A DNA stretch of 64,000 nt. Origin: Cenarchaeum sp. (GTDB lineage Archaea; Thermoproteota; Nitrososphaeria; Nitrososphaerales; Nitrosopumilaceae). The stretch's first letter is position 1; each line of letters opens with the position of its first letter. Positions 34,601-43,200 of the stretch are shown piece by piece. The notes under the pieces are model-generated. The model did no database searches. It had not been told where the DNA came from and saw nothing but the letters and a program-made list of their open reading frames with translations. The stretch is from contig OZ242221.1 of assembly GCA_965206845.1 (NCBI GenBank), positions 1,504,001 through 1,568,000 on the forward strand. Direction: 5' to 3'. Both the position numbers and the translations under genes were made by a program.

Positions 34601-37600
34601 GTACGACTCCAAGACCCAGGATCCAGAGGAGACCGAGGAGGACGGCATCGACAAGTCCCTCAAGTCGGTGTACGCCAGTCTGTGGAACTTTCGCGCCTTC
34701 ACCGAACGCGACTTCCATCGTATCAATCACACGGAGGCCGCGATGGGAATCCTGGTGCACCCCAACTATTCCGACGAACTAGCTAACGGCGTGGCCGTCA
34801 GCTTTGATCCAGTCCGTGACAGCGACGGGAATTACTACGTCAATACCCAGATCGGCGAGGATCTGGTCACCAATCCCGAGGTATACTCGATACCGGAGGA
34901 AATACTGTTGGACCGGTACGCCGATCAGTACACCGTCCTTGCCACCTCCAACCAGGTGCCGCCGGGGCAACTTCTCATGAGCGACGACCAGCTGTATCAG
35001 TTACGCCTGCACCTTGCCACGATCCATGAGGAGTTTGCAGATCTGTACGGTGTCGGGCCCGGCGAGCGGTTTGCCATGGAGATCGAGTTTAAGATCACCA
35101 GCGAGGACATTCTTGCGATCAAGCAGGCCCGACCATGGATCTTCAACTCCGAGCGATCCCATGTGATAGACGGTACCCCGCCGGTCTTCAGCTCCGCCAC
35201 GTACGACAAAGGCACAGGCGTCCTTGCGATAACCCTCAGCGAGGACATATCCGGGACGGCAGATCTTGCCAAGTTGCATGTACGTGAATCCGGCCAACCC
35301 TCCAGCGGCACTGCCCTGACAGGTGCCACCCAATCCATCGTAGGCTACACCATCATCATAACACTCACAGACTCCCAGAGGACGGCGGTCAACGACATGA
35401 CGGCGCCCACGCTGGACATAGACGCGGGTGCCGTCTCAGACGGAATCGACCACATACTGGTCACCCGGGATCGGGCAATCACCATTGTCAACAGCGATCC
35501 CGTTGTCGACGCCGGCCCAGACCAGACCGTGGACGAGGGATACTTGGTAACACTCAACGCCACTGTCACCGATGCCGACGGCGACAACATGACCTACTCG
35601 TGGACGCACGACTCGCCTTTGGCCATCCAGCTGGCCAACCCTGCCTCGCCGTCCACCACCTTTGCCGCTCCGGCAGTCGACGCGGACACGGAAATAACAT
35701 TCACGCTGACTGCCGATGACGGAACCGTCACTGCCTCAGACTCGCTTGCAGTTACCGTCACCGACGTGCCAACTGTCAACAGCCCGCCTGTCGCCGATGC
35801 CGGCCCAGACCAGACCGTGGACGAGGGATACTTGGTAACACTCAACGCCACTGTCACCGATGCCGACGGCGACAACATGACCTACTCGTGGACGCACGAC
35901 TCGCCTTTGGCCATCCAGCTGGCCAACCCTGCCTCGCCGTCCACCACCTTTGCCGCTCCGGCAGTCGACGCGGACACGGAAATAACATTCACGCTGACTG
36001 CCGATGACGGAACCGTCACTGCCTCAGACTCGCTTGCAGTTACCGTCACCGACGTGCCAACTGTCAACAGCCCGCCTGTCGCCGATGCCGGCCCGGACAA
36101 GACCGTCCAAGAGGGCCAGGCAGTCACGCTCAACGGAACCGCCACCGATACCGACGGTGACGGTCTGACGTACGCGTGGAGCCACGACTCGTCCACGGAA
36201 ATAACATTCAACGCCTCCTCGCCGGTTGCCACGTTTGCAGCGCCGCCGGTGGATGCCGACACGACAGTCACCTTCACGCTGGCAGTCTCCGACGGCTCGG
36301 CCAATTCCACCGACGCCGTTCTTGTCACCGTGATCGACGTGCCGGACGACTCGGACTTTGTCACGACGTGGGAGACTGCTGCACCGGGTGAGTCCATAAC
36401 GATCCCGGCCCGCGGCACGTACACGATATCATGGGGCGACGGAACGGTGGACGCGGGAGTCACGGGCGACCAGACCCACGCGTACGACGTCCCCGGGAAC
36501 CACACGATCCGCATATCCAAGGGCATCACTGGAATCAACCTGGGCAACCATGCCGACGCGCCCAAGCTGAGATCGATAGACCAGTGGGGCGACGCCAAGT
36601 GGAGTACGATGTATTCCGCATTCAGGGACGCCTCAAGCATGACATTGCGCGCGGCTGACGCGCCGGACCTCTCCCGTGTCAAGTACACCCAGTACATGTT
36701 CTTGAACGCCAGCTCCTTTGACGGCGACCTCTCCGCGTGGGACGTCTCGCATGTCACCAACATGGTGGGAATGTTCTGGGAGGCCAGCTCCTTTGACGGC
36801 GACCTCTCTGCGTGGGACGTCTCGAGCGTGACTGACATGTTTACCATGTTCTACAATGCCCGCTCCTTTGACGGGAACATATCCGCGTGGGACGTCTCGT
36901 CCGTAAGAAACATGGCCAACATGTTCCACGGCGCCTCGTCATTTGACGGCGACCTCTCCGCGTGGGATGTCTCGTCGGTGACTGACACGTATGCCATGTT
37001 TTTGGCCGCGTCCTCCTTTGACGGCGACCTCTCCGGCTGGGACGTCTCGCGCGTGACTGACATGGCCGACATGTTCCGCTCTGCCTCGTCATTTGACGGC
37101 GACGTCTCCGGCTGGGACGTCTCGCGCGCGACCCGCATGAGTACCATGTTCTACCTCGCCGACTCGTTTGACCAGAACCTGGGGGAATGGTACATCGTGC
37201 TCGACGATGCCGCCATTGACCACAGCAGCGTCCCAAGGGAGGTGGGCAGGATCGCCGCACAGAACAGGTTCCTGGATGGCCATAACCCGGCATACGGCAT
37301 AGGCTCCGGGGGCGATTCGGCCCACTTCGAGATCGACGGCAGCATCCTCAAGATGAAGTCGGTGCCTGACGGGCACGCCGGCCCGTACTCGGTCACCGTA
37401 ACTTCCACCGGAGCATACGGCTCGGAAAACTCCCGCACCTTTGACATATCCGTGACGGAAGGGGACGCCAACACGCCACCGGTGGCGTCGTCTGGCCCAC
37501 GCGGCGTGGACGGGTTCACCCTGACCAGCACCCAGCCCGGAACGATCGAGGTAACTTGGGATGCCCCCGGCGAGGCGCCCAGAGACTACCGCGTGGCGTG

Positions 37601-38084
37601 GGCCAAAGTAGGTGAGAACTTTTTGTCGCGTAGTGACCTGACAGGCAACGCTTTTCCCACGTCCCCCAACCACACCATCACGGGTCTCGAGGGCGGAGAG
37701 TACCAGGCGAAGGTGCGCGCCCGGTACAACAGCGGCGGAGCGGGGAACTGGAGCGAGGTGGCCACCGTCACGGTTTTGGCGCCGCCCGACCCGCGCGGGA
37801 TAGGCGAGATCAACCTGACCAGCGCCCAGCCCGGTACGATCCAGGTCTCCTGGGAGGCGCCCGGCGAGGCGCCTAGGGACTACCGCGTAGCGTGGGCCGA
37901 GGTGGGCGAGAGCTTCCTGGGGCGGAGTAACTTGGACGGCAACGCTTTTCCCACCTCACCCAACCACACCATCACGGGTCTCGAGGAGGGCGAGGAGTAC
38001 AAGGTGAAGGTGCGCGCCCGTTACAGTGATAACGGCCCGGGTGACTGGAGCGACGAGGTCACTATCACCGTCGCGAGATCCTAG
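31674..38084 (+). CDS. Giant surface protein: PKD, BspA/DUF285 repeats, cadherin-like, PEP/pyruvate-binding (PPDK-N) domain, 3x PKD-like, DUF285, 2x FN3
   Basis: TTG start giving signal-like MDKSLYALLMLSAVCAGAC; W(D/N)VSSVxDMxxMF 25-aa repeats; GVKAAN...RSST.NED..GFNGAGLYDS...QARP; VDAGPDQTV repeats; FN3 W...Y.V.VRARY. Confidence 0.9.
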   Translation: MDKSLYALLMLSAVCAGACYDNGTEGGAYAEVDAAPMVANTASYYVQHALDADAAADMPVLGENGATAPSEGMEARSGAQDEAAFVTTWQTARADEGITIPVGGATGTYTVDWGDGSTTTHTGDATHVYGVAGTYTVQISGDFTRIYLGGGEANAQKLQSIEQWGDVGWDSMMSAFYGATNMVYNATDAPDLSGVTSMADMFHNAALFDGDISGWDVSSATDMGSMFFNARSFNQPLNGWNVSSVEDMSFMFSGATYFDQPLNGWNVSSVEDMSFMFSGATYFDQPLNGWNVSSVEDMSFMFSSTSFFNQPLDSWDVSSVADMNRMFAGATAFNGDISNWNVSSVTDMSGMLSRAYAFDQNLGDWYIVLDDAAIDYGDAPGVVGSISAQNQALNYQSPAYRLGSGGDSDFFEMDGARLKMKGTPAKGSYFVTLTATGDFGRSNSKVVEVTVTGVPAGVDAVPIVVRSTTADYFVLYVRHALDPDTTVEMPVLAVLGENGTTALAESVEALSKERYRVEKYLVADPADVDGDGIDDVTELSDPVGMNPVNPVTALDPGDGAVSIPDWDTFKALSFDILGMNFTTVKFVILHADTALPHVYFMNGTKYPAHSIFLDVLGVTSYYDDYITGSITYDPEIVAPDGSLGVYHYELSWWTTDTPFNLVDRTYTLLAANMPLLEDNLALHVSNRELPLFQSDLPLYAASRVNLVFDDDILPETDFLALNPGEGYGMLQTMEPDERPNPRDVVIYEALPNELPRVAGIISTVPQTPLSHVNLRAVQDSVPNAFIRDVLEDAGIDDLIGSYVYYNVTEDGWDLRAATRAEVDAHYGHSRPTGEQVPQRDLSVTSITPLSDVGFEDWEAFGVKAANVAVLGKMGFPEGTVPDGFAVPFYFYDEFMKANGLYARIDAMLADPALQTDFDVQEDELKKLRKAIKKAETPAWIITELEEMHGEFSNGISLRYRSSTNNEDLPGFNGAGLYDSKTQDPEETEEDGIDKSLKSVYASLWNFRAFTERDFHRINHTEAAMGILVHPNYSDELANGVAVSFDPVRDSDGNYYVNTQIGEDLVTNPEVYSIPEEILLDRYADQYTVLATSNQVPPGQLLMSDDQLYQLRLHLATIHEEFADLYGVGPGERFAMEIEFKITSEDILAIKQARPWIFNSERSHVIDGTPPVFSSATYDKGTGVLAITLSEDISGTADLAKLHVRESGQPSSGTALTGATQSIVGYTIIITLTDSQRTAVNDMTAPTLDIDAGAVSDGIDHILVTRDRAITIVNSDPVVDAGPDQTVDEGYLVTLNATVTDADGDNMTYSWTHDSPLAIQLANPASPSTTFAAPAVDADTEITFTLTADDGTVTASDSLAVTVTDVPTVNSPPVADAGPDQTVDEGYLVTLNATVTDADGDNMTYSWTHDSPLAIQLANPASPSTTFAAPAVDADTEITFTLTADDGTVTASDSLAVTVTDVPTVNSPPVADAGPDKTVQEGQAVTLNGTATDTDGDGLTYAWSHDSSTEITFNASSPVATFAAPPVDADTTVTFTLAVSDGSANSTDAVLVTVIDVPDDSDFVTTWETAAPGESITIPARGTYTISWGDGTVDAGVTGDQTHAYDVPGNHTIRISKGITGINLGNHADAPKLRSIDQWGDAKWSTMYSAFRDASSMTLRAADAPDLSRVKYTQYMFLNASSFDGDLSAWDVSHVTNMVGMFWEASSFDGDLSAWDVSSVTDMFTMFYNARSFDGNISAWDVSSVRNMANMFHGASSFDGDLSAWDVSSVTDTYAMFLAASSFDGDLSGWDVSRVTDMADMFRSASSFDGDVSGWDVSRATRMSTMFYLADSFDQNLGEWYIVLDDAAIDHSSVPREVGRIAAQNRFLDGHNPAYGIGSGGDSAHFEIDGSILKMKSVPDGHAGPYSVTVTSTGAYGSENSRTFDISVTEGDANTPPVASSGPRGVDGFTLTSTQPGTIEVTWDAPGEAPRDYRVAWAKVGENFLSRSDLTGNAFPTSPNHTITGLEGGEYQAKVRARYNSGGAGNWSEVATVTVLAPPDPRGIGEINLTSAQPGTIQVSWEAPGEAPRDYRVAWAEVGESFLGRSNLDGNAFPTSPNHTITGLEEGEEYKVKVRARYSDNGPGDWSDEVTITVARS

Positions 38085-38327
38085 CTATGCCACGGGGATA
38101 AAGTCCGTGCATGTTTTGCCGAACTGCAGTATATGGAAATTATGTCTGCTAGTCATTGGAGTCCACCTCCGCCCATTTTGGGTTCTTTTCCCTGATCGCT
38201 TCTGTCGCCTTTTTGGCAATTAATTCCCAAGGAACCTTACGGCTGTGTCCTACGGGCATATATGAACTGGAATTGACTCTGTAGATTTGATTCATTTGGA
38301 AAAACATCCTCGTCGTAGTCGTGGCAG

Positions 38328-38441
38328 TGGATCGACCCCTTGATAACCATGTGCTCCGCGCACTTTCATTTGAATGGGGCAATCCGAGCTGCTGTGTTCC
38401 TGTGCTTCGCGCACTGATAGGTGATTGCAGCTTCCGATCCA
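38328..38441 (+). ncRNA. Predicted bridge/seek RNA of the IS110 element
   Basis: Outer stem TGGATCG/CGATCCA; loop 1 closed by CCCCTT/AATGGGG holds ATAACCA and TTCATTTG (target matches); loop 2 closed by AGCTGC/GCAGCT holds TTCC and ATAGGTG (donor matches); both capped by hairpin GTGCTYCGCGCAC. Confidence 0.82.
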
Positions 38442-38474
38442 TCGAAAACAATCCGCAAGGAGATGAGAGAAAGG

Positions 38475-39554
38475 ATGAGGAACATAGGAATAGACATTGG
38501 TAAGGGAAAATGCATAGTATGCGTAGTGGACGGCAAGGGAAACGTGCTGGAGAGGGCATCATACAAGAACACGCTGGAAGACGCAAAAGAGTTTGCACGC
38601 AGGATGAAAAAAGAATACGGCGGGAAAGGACGGTGCAGGGCCGCGTGCGAGTCGACTGGAAACATGTGGCTCAAGACATTTGAGGCCTTCGAGGGGTGCG
38701 AGATACCGGTAAAGCTTGCCAACACGTACAAGATGAAGATAATATCGGACACCGACGTCAAGACGGATCCCATCGACGCGCAAAAGATTGCAAACGCGCT
38801 GCGCGTGGGGATTATCCCAGAATGCTACGTGGCACCATCGGATTTGCGCGATGTCAGGGAACTGCTCAGGTACAGGATAAGCATGGTTCAGGCAAGGACT
38901 GCCCTGATCAACTACACGCACGGCCTGCTTGACAAGTACGACGTGATGCCAGATGTCTCAAGGATGCACAGCAAAAAGGCCATCAGGCTGCTTTCGCAGA
39001 TACGCCTTAAGAAACCAAATGACAACATGATCCTGCAAAACTGCGTCAAAAGGATTGCACATGCCACAGAGGAGATATCTGGCATCGAGGCAGAGATAGA
39101 CAGGCAGGCCGCAGTCAACGAGGATGCGAAACTGCTGATGAGCATGACTGGCATAGAGGCGTTTGCCGCGATGCTGCTGGTATCTGCGATTGACGGCATC
39201 ACCAGGTTCAAGACCGCAGACAGACTGGTCTCATGGACCGTGATGTGTCCGCGAGTCTACCAGTCCGGCAACGTGACGCACCACGGCCGCATGAAAAAGG
39301 CGTCAAACCGAAGGGTAAACTGGATAATGATCCAAGCAGCCAACGTGGCAGTGCGCCATGATGACAGACTAAAGTGGTTCTATCAAAATGCCAAGACAAG
39401 GCACGGTGGCAACCACCCGATTGCCATAACACACGTGGCAAACAAGATGGTGAGGATCATCTGGAAGATGCTGACTGCCAAGGAACCGTACGAGTCCCAT
39501 GACGCAAGCAGATATGCCAAAAAGATGAAAAGAATGAAGAAGATTCTGCAGTAG
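38475..39554 (+). CDS. IS110-family DEDD recombinase/transposase
   Basis: IGIDIGK, ACESTG, KTDPIDA (DEDD RuvC-like), C-terminal MTGIE and RVYQSG (candidate catalytic Ser); intact ORF. Confidence 0.95.
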   Translation: MRNIGIDIGKGKCIVCVVDGKGNVLERASYKNTLEDAKEFARRMKKEYGGKGRCRAACESTGNMWLKTFEAFEGCEIPVKLANTYKMKIISDTDVKTDPIDAQKIANALRVGIIPECYVAPSDLRDVRELLRYRISMVQARTALINYTHGLLDKYDVMPDVSRMHSKKAIRLLSQIRLKKPNDNMILQNCVKRIAHATEEISGIEAEIDRQAAVNEDAKLLMSMTGIEAFAAMLLVSAIDGITRFKTADRLVSWTVMCPRVYQSGNVTHHGRMKKASNRRVNWIMIQAANVAVRHDDRLKWFYQNAKTRHGGNHPIAITHVANKMVRIIWKMLTAKEPYESHDASRYAKKMKRMKKILQ

Positions 39555-39830
39555 GTGCACGGGGCGGACTGGCCAGCTAGGCTGGCCCGCACCAGTACAT
39601 TTTCTGCAATCCAATTCCTAGCGATAGCTTTAAAGTTGTACGCGCGTAACCTAGGCGTGGATCAGAAGTCAGACGGAATCAACGCTTGACTATGACCGGA
39701 TGTTTTAACATAGGTGGTTATGTCTGTAGGACACAGCCGAACCTTACAGTTTGCATATATTGATGAAGGCAGCCCAAGGCTGAACGGTGCAAGCCAGACC
39801 GGGGAAAGGTCCAAAATAAACCGCACATAC

Positions 39831-40044
39831 TATGTGGATTCCGACAGACCCGTTAAACAGTGTACAAAATGCCGCATTCACGCCGGAATGCCCGCACCAT
39901 GGCAGCGTCACGGACGCTGGACGTCTCTGCCCGACCCGACACACATGGCATCTGGCATGCATCTCAGGTTCCAGGCACGGATCTGGTCTCACATGACGGC
40001 CCGCAGAGCACTGAACCCGTGTGATAATGGCATTACAAGCGATC
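39831..40044. repeat. ~215-bp non-coding repeat, copy 2
   Basis: Reverse complement of 26599-26812. Confidence 0.9.
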
Positions 40045-40125
40045 GGCTGTGTCCTAAAGGAATATGCCCGTTTGGATGGTGGCTTCTGGATGGCCATTTT
40101 GGATATTTGCTTGTAGGGCACAGCC
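40045..40125. mobile_element. 81-bp MITE with family A ends and a different interior
   Basis: GGCTGTGTCCTA / TAGGGCACAGCC; no target duplication visible. Confidence 0.8.
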
Positions 40126-40126
40126 A

Positions 40127-40237
40127 TTTTTTAGCTACTGTCCATATTGTCTAATTTGTAAATCTTTTTAGCTAATGCTTATATTGTCTAATTTGTAAAT
40201 CTCTTTAGCGTATGATGCGTATTGCTCGATTTGTACC
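40127..40237 (+). repeat. AT-rich 37-bp tandem repeat upstream of the second giant gene
   Basis: ATATTGTCTAATTTGTAAATCT at 40144 and 40181, plus partial or degenerate flanking units. Confidence 0.8.
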
Positions 40238-40261
40238 GCCCGGAGATGCCGTGGGTGCCAT

Positions 40262-43200
40262 ATGATGAAGGCGCTTATAGTGGTGCTCGCGCTAGTGCTA
40301 CCTAGTTTGCTGGGCTACGCCCTTGCGACACCCTCCATCGCCATGTCTCCTGTTGCGTTTGTGGCCGACGGGGTGGACGGGTTTGAGGAGCTTGGCGGGC
40401 CAAAAGGCATCACCACAGTCACGATCGGCTCCTCGACGTATGCCCTTGTTGCCGCATACGACGACGACGGCGTCCAGATAGTCGACATCACGGATCCCTT
40501 CAACCCGAGCCCCGTTGCGGCCGTAACCGACGGGGTGGACGGGTTTGAGGAGCTTCGCGGTGCGCGCGGCATCACCACCGCTACGGTCGGCTCCTCGACG
40601 TACGCACTTGTCACGGCAGCTGCCGGCGTCCAGATAATCGACATAACGACTCCCTCCAGCCCGGCCCCGACCGCGCACATAAGCGCTGCCTCTGCTGTCG
40701 CCCTCCGTGGCTCGTACGGCATCGCTACGTTTACAGTCGGATCCTCTGCGTATGCCATTGTCGCATCAAGCTCAGGCGGCATCCAGATAATCGACATCAC
40801 GGATCCCTCCAGCCCGGCCCCCGTCGCATCCATATTGGGCGGAAGCGAGCTCGGCGGGCTCGGCGGAGCGCGCGGCATCACCACGACCACGATCGGCTCC
40901 TCGACATACGCCCTTGTTGCCGTATCCAGCGAAGACGCCGTCCAGATAATCGACATTACAGATCCCTTCAACCCGAGCCCCATTGCAGCCGTACGCAGTA
41001 GTCAAGATAACAGGCTTGACGGCGCAACTGGCATCACCACCGCCACCATTGGCTCCTCTACATACGCCCTTGTTACGGCGCAGTACGATAACGCCGTCCA
41101 GATAATCAACATCACGGATCCCTCCAGCCCGGACTCCGTTGCATTCGCGCAGGACGGAAGCGGTGGGTTTGACAAACTTGAATATCCTGAGAGCATCGCC
41201 GTCGTCACGTTCGACTCCTCGACGTACGCCATCGTCGCGGCATTCCTGGACGGCATCCAGATAATAAACATCACGGATCCCTCCAACCCCAGCCCTGCAG
41301 CCTCTGTGGACAGCAATGACGCCAGATTTGGCGGCTTTCCGCTTCCCGAAGACATCGCCGTCGTCACGATAGACTCCAGGACGTACGCCCTTGCCGCATC
41401 CTATTTTGGTAACGGTGTCCAGATAATCGATGTAGCCCTCACCTCCGGCCCGCTGCTAACGTCGGCCGTCTTGGACGAGGGAACAGGCATCTTGGAGATC
41501 GAATTTGCGAGTGCAGTCGATGTCACTCCCGCAGGCATGGCTGATCTGTCCGGATTGACCATCCGTGGTTCCGGACAGTCCGTTTCGCTGGCCGGGGCGA
41601 CGCTGGGAACCGAGGCGGACTCCACCGTAATCTCCATCGAGCTGACCGAGGGCCAGGGCCGCTCAGTCGCCGCCATGGCGTCCCCGCGGTTGGATGTGGC
41701 AGACTCTGCCGTGACAGGAACGGACGGCAACCCGATCGAACAATCGTTAGGCAATACCGTCACCGTAAACGATGACGCGGCGCCTGGGGTCGTATCTGCG
41801 GCCTTTGACGGGGAGGGCAGCATCCTGACTATCACGTTTTCAGACAGGATCGACGTCACGCCTGCCCGCATGGTTTACCTGGGAGGGATGACCGTCAGCG
41901 GCTCCGGGCAGTCCGTTTCGCTGGCAGGGGCGACTTTGGGAACGGAGGCCGACTCTGCTGTAATCTCCATCGTGCTGACCGAGAGCCAAGGCAGCTCAGT
42001 CGTCGCCATGGTGTCCCCGCTGTTGGCCATAGGCCACTATGACGTAGTAGACACGGATGGCAACCCGATCGCGTCTTCGTCCGGCAATGCCATCTCCATA
42101 AACAGTGTAAACGAGATTCCGACCGTCACATCGATCGAGCGGAGCGACCCGACAACGGAGACCGCCTCCGCGCAGACCCTTGTCTTTGCTGTGACCTTCA
42201 GCGAAAACGTGGCCGGCGTGGACCAGGCAGACTTTGCGCTGTCGCCTGGTAGCACCGGGGCGGGAAGCATAGCAAACCTGACCGGCTCCGGCAGCCGGTA
42301 CCTCGTGACCGTCTCGGTCACGCGGGACGGGACATACAATCTCGACATCGCACAGAACAACAACATCACCGATGCCACGGGCAATCCTCTGGCAGGCGAC
42401 GACCCGTTGCCGGATCAGTCGTTCACTGTGGTGACTGTAAACACGGCACGTGAAGTAGGCGGGATCACCCTGACCAGCACCCAGCCCGGGACGATCCAGA
42501 TAACCTGGGAGGCTCCCAGCGAGGCGCCCAAGGACTACCGCGTGGTGTGGGCCAAGGCGGGCGAGAACTTTCTGCCGCGGAGTGACCTAGCAGGCAACGC
42601 TTTTCCGACCTCTCCTAACCACACCATCACGGATCTAGAGGAGGGTGAAGAGTACAAGGTAAAGGTGCGCGCCCGATACTACAGCGGCGGGCCCGGGGAC
42701 TGGAGCGGCGTGGTCACCCCCATGCTTGCCGTAATCCCGGACCAGACCGTTGACGCCGGCCCCGACCAGACCGTCATGGAGGGCCAGACGGTTGCACTGA
42801 ACGGCACTGCCGCCGACATCAACGGTGATCCGCTGACCTACTCGTGGATCCACGACTCGGCCCTGGCCATACAGTTTGCTAACGCCACCTCTCCGTCCAC
42901 CACCTTTACCGCGCCTGCAGTCTACGCGGACACTGCAGTGACCTTCACGCTGACTGTCAATGACGGCAACAGCACCGCCTCCGACCAGATGACAGTTACC
43001 ATCGCCCACAACGACCCGCCGACCTTCGTCACGTCTGAATTTGACACTGACGCGGGGGTGCTGACGATCACCTTTTCAGAAACGATAGACGTGGCAAACG
43101 TAGTCCCTGCCAAGATGCACGTAAGGGAGTCGGGGAATTACACGCACGGCACAACCCTGACTGCCGGCGAGCTTGTCACTGTCGCCGACGGCGCCACGAT

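Larger units (their letters stand above)
38299..39716 (+). mobile_element. IS110-family element with sub-terminal inverted repeats
   Basis: Boundaries defined by the split MITE; TG(G) core at both junctions; sub-terminal IR AAAACATCC (38301-38309) / GGATGTTTT (39698-39706). Confidence 0.92.
38241..39738. mobile_element. 80-bp MITE (family A) split by an IS110 insertion
   Basis: 38241-38298 plus 39717-39738 give 80 bp that align with 1534-1613; 9-bp duplication GAACCTTAC on both sides. Confidence 0.93.

Noticed and set aside
40127-40237. Possible CRISPR array (37-bp period)
   Set aside because: Units are contiguous with no unique spacers, there are only 2-3 copies, and no cas genes are present
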